A stretch of 64,000 nt of DNA, from assembly GCF_009914755.1 (NCBI RefSeq), contig NC_060936.1. One strand, written 5' to 3'. The notes under the pieces were generated by a model. The model saw only the letters and a program-made list of their open reading frames with translations, made no database searches and had not been told where the DNA came from. Source of the stretch: the human T2T-CHM13v2.0 reference genome, Homo sapiens. A program made the position numbers and the translations under genes. Shown in pieces: positions 52,691 through 64,000 of the stretch (its first letter is position 1; each line of letters starts with the position of its first letter).

Positions 52691-53389
52691 TTACCTGATT
52701 ACTATTAGAGAATCCTGCTACCAATACATACTTGTCTTGTATAATTTGGGCAAAATATAATATTCCTGAATCTTAGATTCCTTGTTTGTAAAATGTTTAA
52801 AATATATCTAAATGTAAGAATTGTTGTAGCATATATATGTGAGTACATGAATGTGGCCGTCACAGCAGCTGTAAGTGGAAGATATTATAAATATTGTTAA
52901 AACATTCTGATGTTTTATTTTAAGCTGATAGTTTTTCTTTATGCTGACTTTACAGTGAGTTTTAAACATACACTTGAGTTTATCATTTGTATATAACTAC
53001 TGATAGAAATCTGATGAAAAACACTAATAGTAGTTTATAAAAGATTTTTTTCAATATGAACTTTTTGTTTCCATTGTGAGAAATTAAATTTCAAAATGTA
53101 ATTATTAAATGTATGCCTGAGTTTCAAATGTTTTTCTATATCCAGCTAATTAAAAATATTTATAACGTAGTAGTAGTTAAATGTCATGTTCACCTTATTA
53201 GAAAGAATGCCTTCAAATCAGTATTATCATGATTACCATTTATTTAACATCTTCAGTATGCAGGGCATTTATAAAATCTGTAGAAATTAATTTTCTCTAA
53301 ATGCAACAAGCTTTATGACCAGCACTCACTGTCTATAAAAGATGACTTGCTTGGCAGAAGAGGAAACAGTTTCTTCAGACCTTCCAGCC

Positions 53390-53830
53390 ACAGTCAGCCC
53401 TGGTGACATTGCATATCAGGTAAACCCCCAATCCCTGGCCACATTTGATTGGTCCAAGATGGAATGTGACCCAGGCTGAGACAATCAGACTCAGTCTCTT
53501 GATAATTTAAATTCAGAGCCCCAGTGACTGAATTAGACAATAACGGATATTCTACCTATAAGTTAGAGAGAGTTGGAGACAGGAAACTCAACTCACTTGA
53601 AAGCTGCTATTATGGAGAAATGAAAAAAACTGCTTTGTAGAAGATAGCCTGGAAAAGTAGAGAAGTTGTCTGAGAGAGGGACAAATCAGCTTTAAAAGTG
53701 TTTCATTTTTTTGTTAGGGCCTAAATATACTTTCTGTATTTGATAACTCTGAGATAACCTTGTATTCTCTTCTCAATTCCCCCTTCCACTTGAACTTGAA
53801 TGGTGGATTTCTATTACTTTCAAATGAAAA
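53390..53830 (+). mobile_element. old MaLR/ERVL LTR fragments (MLT1K/LTR16-like)
   Basis: ccctggccacatttgattggtccaagatggaatgtgacccaggctgagacaatcaga; gatttctattactttcaaatgaaa. Confidence 0.4.
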
Positions 53831-53932
53831 ATACTTAAGATATTTGTCTTGTTTCAAGGAAGATTTAATACAGTTATTTCCCGAACAACAACAACAAAAG
53901 CCTTTTGTTGAGCCACTGTCCTTCCAGTGAGA

Positions 53933-53933
<1 letters not shown>

Positions 53934-53986
<53 letters not shown>
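53934..53986. repeat. (CA)~26 microsatellite
   Basis: Direct read, uninterrupted. Confidence 0.97.
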
Positions 53987-53988
<2 letters not shown>

Positions 53989-54037
53989 CTTTACAGATCT
54001 GTTGAAGAGGATCATGGAGGCAGGTACCGCTTTCTTT

Positions 54038-54348
54038 TCCTTTATTTTTTTTTTTAATTTTTTTATTTTTTGAGACAGAGTCTCGCTTTGTCGCCCAGGC
54101 TGGAGTGCAGTGGCACAATCTCGGCTCACTGCAAGCTCCGTCTCCCATCTTCACACCATTCTCTCTGCCTCAGCCTCCTGAGTAGCGGGGACTACAGGCG
54201 CCCGCCACCATGCCTGGCTAATTTTTTGTATTTTTAGTAGAGACGGGGTGTGTTATTCAGGATGGTCTCGATTTCCTGACCTCGTGATCCGCCCGCCTCG
54301 ACCTCCCAAAGTGCTGGGATTTAGAGGCCTGAGCCACCGCACCCGGCC
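54038..54348 (-). mobile_element. AluY
   Basis: gcaagctccg, caccattct, caggatggtctcgat diagnostics; 19-nt TSD ggcaggtacc(g/a)ctttcttt at 54019 and 54351. Confidence 0.95.
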
Positions 54349-56823
54349 CTGGCAGGTACCACTTTCTTTCCTCTTTCTTGCATGCGAATATGAATGAAAC
54401 TGATTGCATCATTTAGGAAATGAACGCTCAGTGAATATCTTTCTAGTGGCTTCTAGTTCTTCCCAACATGCAGTTTGGAAGACCGTTAGGAATAATTTCT
54501 AGCCATTTTAGATGCATGTGATTTCCGCTGGATAAGGAACTAGAAAATAGGAAGATGGTGCCATTTTCCCAGAGGTACCAAGAATAGGTCTTGTGTGGCA
54601 GTCTTTATAAGGCACATGATAAAGCTTCATAATTTTGCTGGGTAGAAAAATTAGTATGAAGAATGTCTTTTACATCCATAACAATTGAAAATTTAGAACT
54701 GATAATTCTCTTCTGGATTATATTATATTTTGTGGGATTCATTATGTTTTTTCCTTTATTAATTGATGAGGCAAATGGTCAAATCTAGTAGTATAACGCT
54801 AAACATTCCAGCACCCTATGGAACCTACCTTGCTATCCTTGTGGGAAATTTCTTAAGGTTAAAAATTTGATTATGGGAATAATAAAATTAGGAAAACTTT
54901 TAATAACAAAATTGTAGACAATGGTTCTAGAAGGCTGAATCCTACAAATAAAATAGATCTTGGCACTTCTTGGAATTCATAGAGAAAAACACTGGCTGCC
55001 ATGATAAATAGTGTAAGATGGTGATTTCATTGTGTATGATCTCTGATCAAAACCATACACTATAAAGGCCATATACTGGGTGATCATTTGATTTTCCTGT
55101 GTCTGAGGATACTCATTTGTCCCCTGTAAAACGAAATACGAATTGTGCATGTGGCGGTCATTTAACCTACCACTAAATGCAGCTAATTCTGAATAAAAGA
55201 GAGCAGCTGTTTGACATATGCCCCCAGACTTACTGAGGCAGGAAGAAGGACTTGGGTTATCCAACTGAAATAGTCAACTAGTATTTTCTTGTCGTTTGGG
55301 TTATAATATGCTGTGCCTTTATTTCCACAAAACAGCCTCATTGTGTTGAGATTGTTTGCCAATTCCTTTCTAGTAAGCCTCATGGTAATGGCATATTATT
55401 TTTAATGGGACTTTCAGGACACCAATCAAATTTTGTAAATTATATTTTAATACTTTGGGTTTCTTTGCCTTCATGAAAAGAGAGAGAATCTAAGGAAATT
55501 TGGGGAAAAAGTGAAATTTTTCCATTACAAAGGCTATTGAAAGATGAATAAATTTATAAAATGGTTTGAGGAGGTAAAAAATAACTGATTTAACCACGTT
55601 ATAACACAAGAAAATGTTGAAGACAGAAACAAGCATGGAACAATTAAGTGGAGAGGGATTCTGTGTACTTCATGAAAACAACGAGAATGTAACTCAGTTT
55701 TATAAACAAAAATTAATGCTTTATAGCCATGACCACATAACATCATTTGGTTCCCTAAAAATATTTCAGTATCCCTATCTTGTTAATTCACATTGCAAAC
55801 TATTACTAACTTAACTATGTTGGGGTAAAATATTGAAATTATAGAGGAATTTTAGCAAAAGGCAATATTATATCTTCCAAATACAGAATAATTCACATTC
55901 CTATAACAGGGCCCCTAATAACTAGAAGTCCTGACAGACCTTCAGTAAAGACCAAGAAATGATCAACCATAGTAAGAATCGTATTTATAGGCAAACAATG
56001 CTTCTTAAAGTACTTGATCACAATTTGTCTATTTAAGTAGTTTAATCAAAACCCTATATTTATGCAGTCTTGTTCAAAACTGTGATTTGCATAATCAAAC
56101 ATTGTATAGAGTATAAAGTTAAGCATAAATTCATACCATATAAAGTTTCAATTAGTGGAGGTAAATTATTGGGGCATTGCATTAGGTCAGTCCAAGCCAA
56201 CAGGCAGAAGAAATAATTGTCAAGGAGAAAGAAAAAAGATAACTTGTTGATTTGTTCAAGGTCATTGAGTAGGTTGGTAATTAAGGTTATTCTTGATCTC
56301 TGCTTCTGGTTCTCCAAGAGTACTGTTCTGACCCATCATCACCATAAAGCCACCCTGTAGTTGACCTCACCCTACAGTTGAGCAATCCTTTTGCTCTCCA
56401 TAAATATAGAATGCTGATTGTAATTTCCTACTAGATATATTAAGACGTCAATTTTATTTCAGTTTTTCTAGCTCCACAAGTATATTTGAATACTACAGAT
56501 GTATATTCCTCCTGATAATCACTAGGGGTAGAGAATATATCAAATTACAATAATTAAAGATTTAGATGTTAAAAGTTGGGGGTATTGATAAGAGGGAGAG
56601 AATATACTCTGATTTTTAAAAAGAGAAAAAATGAAAGAGATATAAGGAAAGGAAAAAAGAGAGAAAGCAAGCAAGTAATCAAGCACAAAGTCATGACAAA
56701 GAGTGAAAATAAATTTATTTTGCTGGTTAAAAATTAACAGGTATCATAAAACCAATGACAGTCTTCTTTGATAATGTATGAACTCAAACCCAATAAAAGT
56801 AGTTGAACAGGTCATGCTTCTGC

Positions 56824-56824
<1 letters not shown>

Positions 56825-56852
<28 letters not shown>
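56825..56852. repeat. poly(T) run of about 28 nt
   Basis: Direct read; no attached retroelement body recognised. Confidence 0.85.
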
Positions 56853-56854
<2 letters not shown>

Positions 56855-57101
56855 CCTTTTATGTAATGTCATTCTTTCATTGTGATGGTGTTACCCAAAG
56901 TTGAAAAAAATTTATGGCTAAATAAACTAATTAATGTTAACCACCATTTTGTCATGTGAAGGGTGAGGATTGTAAATAAACATCAAAAGGAGTAATTGTT
57001 CTTTAGATGACGTCTGTTTATAATAGGAGGCATGAGTTATGCAATGCATCTCAAATAAAAGGTGTTTTATTACCATCATTGCACGTTACCTGAGTTACTT
57101 A

Positions 57102-57524
<423 letters not shown>

Positions 57525-57924
57525 TTAAAAAAAAAAATTGTTAACTTGTTTCCAAAGACACTGATCTGTGTTTGACTACAGCCAAAATGCCAGCATGATG
57601 CCAGGTATAACCAGGATTTAGAATAAAACTAAAAACGTGTACACACACACTCGTAACGAGGGAATTATATAGAAAATTCATATAGTCACTTCTAACTTGA
57701 GTATTGTATGACATTGCTAAAATTTTAAAGAATATGTTTACTTATTTTTTACTGTTAATCTTGCTAGATAATTGGCAAGATAATAATATTTTTAATTTGA
57801 ATATATGTCATTAAACATAACATTTCCAGAAACTTGTTAAGGAAAGAAGATAAGTATAAATGTTTATGGCATGTAAGACAGTGACTCTAAGGTTAATAGG
57901 CAAATCAAGTTGCTGTAGGAAAGG

Positions 57925-57998
57925 AGAATATTAAATTTGTTTTGTTTAAACCACTAAATTGGTGGTAATTTGTTACAGCAGCAAAGATAACTAATATA
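57925..57998 (+). mobile_element. MLT1 3'-terminal fragment
   Basis: aaatttgttttgtttaaaccactaaattggtggtaatttgttacagcagcaaagataactaatata. Confidence 0.75.
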
Positions 57999-58014
57999 TA
58001 TCTCATAACATTCT

Positions 58015-58361
58015 TCATCCTCACTTTTTCCAGCTTCTAAAGGGCCTCCCACATTCCTTGGCTTGTGATGTCCCTTCCCCATCATCAAAGACAGCAACGT
58101 GAGTTAAGTCCTTATCATATCACATAACCCTGAACTTACTTCTGTCATTACATCTATTTCTCTGACTCTGTTCTTCTGCCTCTCTCTTCTACTTTTGAGC
58201 GTCCTTGTGAATACATACCCAGAATAATCTCCCTATTTTAAGGAGAAATCTTGATTCCATCTGCTACCTTAATTTCCCTTTGCCATATACTATAACATAT
58301 TCACAAGCCCTGGGGATTAGAATGTGGACATCTTTAGGAAGTCATTGTTCTGCCTACCACA
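58015..58361 (-). mobile_element. MLT1D-type LTR lacking its 3' end
   Basis: ttttccagcttcta...cacattccttggcttgtg...cctttgccatat...ggattagaatgtggacatcttt...ctgcctaccaca. Confidence 0.8.
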
Positions 58362-58364
58362 GAT

Positions 58365-58510
58365 ACATTGGGCAAATAGTTACCAAAGAAAGCTGGTATA
58401 GTAATAGTAATACCTGGCAAAATTGTGTTTAAATCAAAATATATTAGTAAGGAAAGGGAGAAACTGCAAAATGATAAAATCTACCAAGAAGATATACAAT
58501 GTAATTGTCA
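58365..58510 (+). mobile_element. old L1M ORF2 endonuclease-region fragment
   Basis: gcaaatagttaccaaagaaagctggtatagtaatagtaatacctggcaaaattg resembles ANSNQKKAGVAILISDKID. Confidence 0.6.
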
Positions 58511-58775
58511 ATAAGAAGTAAAGCCAAGACTTGGAGCTAGGTTTGTGTCTACTGGTCCAATGTTCCTACCAACAAAAACCTCTAAAGAACACAGACCTAT
58601 AAAAACCTCTACTTGAAGCCCACTGTGCAAGTACTGGTAAATTTCTTGCCCAAAATGAAAATAATAATTATAACCTGCACCATAGGGCTATTGTAAAAAA
58701 TACCTTAGGATTGAGACACACTGCAGCTATCATATAAATGTTAAATAAAAATAATGCTTCCTGTATCCTTACTAG

Positions 58776-59179
<404 letters not shown>

Positions 59180-59756
59180 GAAACTATACATATATTTTTA
59201 AAGAACTAGAAAAACAAGCTGAAGCTAGCGACTGTATTTAAAGCTATTTATTCCTTTCACTGGTGGCTATCACATTATTTACATTTTTCCCTTTGTTGCA
59301 AACTTACAAATTCATATTGTTCCCTTTTTTAGTATATTTTATGTACTAACTTTCTTAGTCATTTAAAAAGTTTTTTTCTGATAATATAATAGTGATATCT
59401 TTATTATCAATTAATGGAATATATGATGCTAATTGATTTTTCAGGCAGTTGACAGAACAGCAAGTTATAAATATTTTAACCATTTGAGGAGTATTCTTCC
59501 TAAAATCTAGTACATAGTTCCCTACTGAAAAGGATATACTGATAAAATATAACTTTTGTCATGTGGGCCAAAAAGATTATGAAGTTGCAATAGTCTATTT
59601 TGTTGTCATTTGACTTTTGGAGTTTTATTTAGCTTTCAGTTTTGTGTCATATCTACATACATAGGTGGATATTCCATCAAGGGCAGGGATTAGTACTCTG
59701 AGTTCAGCATGGTGCTCTGCACATAGTAAGTGGGTGGTAAATATTTGTGAGTTATA

Positions 59757-60109
59757 TATTATGAGCTAAATTGTGTCTCCTGAAATTCATATGTTGAAAT
59801 CTTAACCCCCAGTACCACAAAATGTGACTGTATTTGGAAATAGGGTCTTTAAAGAGGTAATTAAGTTAAAAAGAGGTCATTAAGGTGGGCTCTAATCCAG
59901 TATGACTGGTGCCCTCATAAAAAGAGGAAATTTGGACATAGACACATACAGAAGGAAGATGATCTGAAGACTCAGGGAAAAGGTGGTCATTGCTCTTTGA
60001 TCTCAACCTTCTAGCCTCCAGAACCAGGAGAACAAAATTTCTGTTGTTTAAATCAATCACCCAATCTGTGATGCTTTGTTATGACAACCCCCTAGAAAGT
60101 ACTGATAAA
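59757..60109 (+). mobile_element. MLT1B MaLR LTR with an internal deletion
   Basis: aattcatatgttgaaatcttaacccccagtacc...gtatttggaaatagggtctttaaagaggtaattaagttaaa...ctaatccagtatgactggtg. Confidence 0.88.
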
Positions 60110-60930
60110 TGATAATCCTATGTTGCCCTATGAGAGAACAAAGTTTGCCAACAGAACCTTATGCTTTTATTATTCTTATGTCTTCCTTCCTTCCTTCCTT
60201 TCTTTTTTGTCTTGTGCCTTCTTCGTAGGTCTCAAAGTATCAACTATGAACTATTACTTAAAAGTGCTTGAATACTAGAATATTCACTTGATACAAATAA
60301 TTAAAACTCTCAAAGCCTTTGTGGTTGTTTTTATTTCTGCATTTCAAGTTGTATTTTGAGCTTTTTTTTTTTTTGAAAGATTCTGCATAACTGGAGTTAT
60401 AGCAGCAGAGTTCTATTTGAAACTCTTTTCTGTACTAACGTTATGACTTTGTCACTTTACTTCTCTGTCAAAGGAGACTGGTGATAATACTTTATTAGGG
60501 AGCAGTGGGATTCAAATGAAATACTGCATGTGAAAAATTACTTTGCAAACTTAGCAGTGTAACACAAACACTCATCATCATAACTAGAAGTCTGGCCTCC
60601 TGACAAATACCTGTTGACAAGTAAGGATTTGTTGTACCAGTCAGTTTATTGTTAACCAATAATAGATTATTTAAAACACTGATAGCTGTAGCCCTATGTT
60701 GAATCGGGACATACATCAAATGTATGTAGTCATTTCTTTGAAAATAGAGGATGACGAGGAAAAGTTCTAAATTCATGTTGTGAAAGGATTGTCTGTAGTT
60801 TCTTTGGAATTTTTTTAAAATAAAGAGATAAAATTTTTTTCTTTTCTCTTTTAATAATTTTGAATTATATTTTTCCCCTAATTTAAACTTATGTTTTATT
60901 TATTTTTGATTAGTTAGCATGACATACCTT

Positions 60931-61227
60931 TTTGTTTTTGTTTTGTTTTTTTGAGTCTTGCTTTTGTCACCCAGGCTGGAGTGTAGTGGCTCAATCTCGG
61001 CTCACTGCAACCTCGGCCGCCCTGGTTCAAGCTTCTCCTGCCTCAGCCTCCTGAGTAGCTGGGATTACAGGTGCCTGCCACCACACCCGGCTAATTTTTG
61101 TACTTTTAGTAGAAATGGGGTTTTGCCATGTTGGCCAGGCTGGTCTTGAGCTCCTGACCTCAGGTGATCTGCCCGCCTCAGCCTCCCAAAGTGCTGGGAT
61201 TACAGGCGTGAGCCACTGCGCTTGGCC
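60931..61227 (-). mobile_element. AluSx-type
   Basis: ctcctgacctcaggtgatctgcccgcc; TSD agcatgacata(c/t)ctt at 60916 and 61228. Confidence 0.95.
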
Positions 61228-61251
61228 AGCATGACATATCTTTAAAAAAAA

Positions 61252-61548
61252 TTTTTTTAAGAGACTAGGTGTTGCTCTCTGCCCAGACTGGAGCGCAGTG
61301 GCATCATCACAGGTCACTGAATCCTTGAAATCCTGGGCTCAAGAGATCCTCCCGCCTCAGCCACCTGAGTAGTTGGGATCACAGGTGTGCACCACCACCA
61401 CCACGCCTGTCTAATTTTCTTTTTCTTTTTTAGAGACTGGGTCCAACTGTCTTGCCCAGGCTGGTCTCAAACTCCTGGACTCAAGCAGTCCTCCTACCTT
61501 GGTGCCACCACGTGCTGGGATTACAGTTGTGAGCCACTGCACTTAACC
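61252..61548 (-). mobile_element. AluJ (Jo-like)
   Basis: tcctgggctcaagagatcctccc; ttgcccaggctggtctcaaactcctggactcaagc; TSD tgacatatc at 61232 and 61549. Confidence 0.92.
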
Positions 61549-61574
61549 TGACATATCATTTTTTAATCCTCTTA

Positions 61575-61682
61575 ATTTTTTAAAAAGTTTTTTATTGTTA
61601 AATTGTGGATAAAATTGTATACATTTATCATGTACAACATGATGTTTTGAAGTACATATACATTGTGGAATAATCAAGTTAC
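61575..61682 (-). mobile_element. L1MA 3'-end fragment
   Basis: aaaattgtatacatttatcatgtacaacatgatgttttgaagtacatatacattgtggaat. Confidence 0.75.
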
Positions 61683-63949
61683 ATTCTACAGTGGTTCATA
61701 TGACCACAAATTTATAGAAGTTCAAATGGAATTTTTATTAACAATGGTTAGTTTAGATTTTATTTAATTTATTGACATACAAGTATGAGATATGACTCAA
61801 ATGTGAGTATGTTGCCTAATGTATCTATTTTCTCTTTTATCAGTTATGTTTTATGAAGCAATTTGAAAATAAATAAATTAGCCCCAAACTATATAACCAG
61901 TGATACCCAGTTTTAAATGTAATTATTTTCAAATGTATGGTGGGTGACACCAAACAGTTGTCGGTTAGCAGCAGCCTCATGGTAATTAATGCACCTAGTT
62001 TGTTTGCCAGATTTGTCTAGCCACTTCATTATTGTCTACTTGTAAAATTCAGCATGGTGCTTTGAAAAGAGGTACAGTATTTATGTATTTATTTTTAGAT
62101 TAGTTTATGTTCCAATAACTTTTCAACATATTCCTATCTCTTCTTTTTCATGCTAGTTTCATGTACATGTAACACCTAATGTTAGATCCTCACACCTCTG
62201 GGTATGTTCTAAACCCTCTCAGTGAACACAGGCTTGATAGGATGAGAGGATGGCCCTTTTGAAGGACCAAAACCTTAAAAATGACATTAGTCTCTACAGA
62301 AACAAAAGGCCTCTTAGTAAAAGTTGAGGATGCAAATTTACAGCAAAAGTCTCCTTCAAGTTAGATTTACTTTGGTAATATTCAGATTTGGGGTTTTTAA
62401 CACCTGTTTTAGAATCTGAAATGTGAGGAGTAGGATGTGTCTTGTTTTTTTCCTTTTATCTTTCTTTTTTGTGATAAAATACACATAACGTAAAATTTAC
62501 TGTTTTAGCCATATCCTTTTATTAAGTGCTGTTTTTCTCGAATTTTCTGTACTATTAAAAAAATCTTTATCTAAAAAAACTTTATCTAAATGAAAAACAC
62601 AGCCTATTCTTTAATTCAGTTAGGTCCCAGGAGATGCTCCTATAAAGACCAATTTTCCTTTCCTTGTGATCTGGTGAGACCTGCAGAATCGTATAGAGGA
62701 TTTCAGCTGCAATCTTTGTATTGTGAACTGGGCCAACAAATTGCTCCATGCTCCAAACAGATGTTTCCCTTTTAGGTTATTGCACCACTAGTGGACTGTT
62801 TTCCTTCCCTAGAGGAAATATCAGTGTGGTCGTAAACGAGAAAGCTTCTTCTGAGCATCCGAGAACAGGAGTGGCAGCAGCAGTAGCAGGGAGTGAACGT
62901 GGAAAAGTGGAGATATATGTTTTCATGAATTTGCAACCCATCCCGCATTTTAATTTTCCTCTTTTTTATGCCATTTCTTATTTCAGAGGTCACTTGATAT
63001 ATTATGAGCGTGAATATTTTTATTTTTATCTTTAAAAATACTTTTTTGCTGATTTATTTAACATGTTTAGTACAACACAGCTTGAGACAAGGGCCAGAAG
63101 CCTCCCCGATTTACAGCATAGCATATTTTGAAGAGTCCCTCCTAATCTGTGCTAGAAGACAGACATTTTAGATTCTCATTCTTAAAAAGTTAGACTTTTC
63201 ATGACAGCGAAAGAGGTACTTACTAAGAGAATATTATTCTCTGAAAAAGAACAAAGATCTGCATTGAAAGAGTAAAATGTCAAAAAAAAATCTTATATTT
63301 CCTTTGTAGTGTTTTGCTTTCCATGAAAAATGATTAAACGAGTCCTCTTTCTGTAGAAAATAAGCCACAGCCTAATACAAATGTGAGTTCCTATTTGCAG
63401 ATGGTGGTATTATTTTTATGGCATGTGCGATCACAGTTGCAGGCACATTTTATTTTCTTCCAAGCATGATGTTGCCATACCTATGCCTTGAAAACATAAA
63501 GTCTCTATCTTTACTGACTGAGCTGACTACCATGAAAACTTGACATGCCAGTGTGAATGGGGAGGGGGGTGTGAAGGGGAGGAGGGCAAAATGTGGGAAA
63601 CGGAAAGGCATTTTACCAAAATTTACCAAAATATGACCATGAGTACATTCTTTTTTAAAGCATCATTTATGTCTCCTTCAGAAAACTGTCCCAAGACTGA
63701 AAAATCAAAGAATTTTATTATATTATCTTTTATAATATAAATTTTACTTTAATAAAATTTAATAATCTATTTAAATATTATTTTTTATAATATAAATTTT
63801 ATTTAGTTTTGTTTTTTGGCCAACTGAAGGAAAGTTTACAAATTTTTCATTCAATTTGTGCTAATTTTTTGGAATGCCACCAATATTCAAGACTCTAGAT
63901 TTACTTACAGGCCTACCTGGTGACTGAAAACCCAGTTCAAATTGTTAGT

Positions 63950-64000
63950 GCAGCCTGGGCAACATGGCAAAACCGTGTCTTTACAAAAAAAAGGCAAAAA
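63950..64000 (+). mobile_element. 5'-truncated Alu left-monomer fragment (FLAM/AluJ) running off the window end
   Basis: cagcctgggcaacatggcaaaaccgtgtctttacaaaaaa. Confidence 0.75.

Noticed and set aside
53714-54154. 146-aa ORF with a CVCVCV run
   Set aside because: Translation of an Alu tail plus the (CA)n microsatellite.

Overview
AT-rich, CpG-depleted primate (very likely human or hominoid) intronic/intergenic DNA. I see no CpG island and no recognisable protein-coding exon, rRNA, tRNA or CRISPR array. Essentially every ORF in the track is a chance ORF or a translation of a repeat (Alu, L1 ORF2 C-terminus, LTR). The window is a dense record of transposable elements. It has about 15 Alu/FRAM copies and three short 5'-truncated L1PA ends with target-site duplications (TSDs). 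Older L1M, L2 and MIR fragments, MaLR LTRs (THE1, MLT1), an LTR47-like solo LTR and an ERV9 LTR12 solo LTR are also present, along with DNA transposons (MER5, Charlie1, MADE1, MER96-like, MER91-like). The most notable element is an apparently end-to-end Ricksha (Mutator/MULE) copy that still shows a readable decayed DDE transposase, split by a co-oriented LTR12 with ten CCAAT boxes. Other points worth checking: a perfect four-pentamer heat-shock element, an abutting AP-1 + UPRE motif pair, an orphan copy of an LTR segment next to a short direct repeat, a fold-back mutation in an Alu, re-use of Alu target sites, a probably inverted MLT1D end, and a few candidate non-coding exons. I found no support for a wholly new biological system. 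Subfamily names are from recall of consensus sequences and need RepeatMasker/Dfam confirmation.
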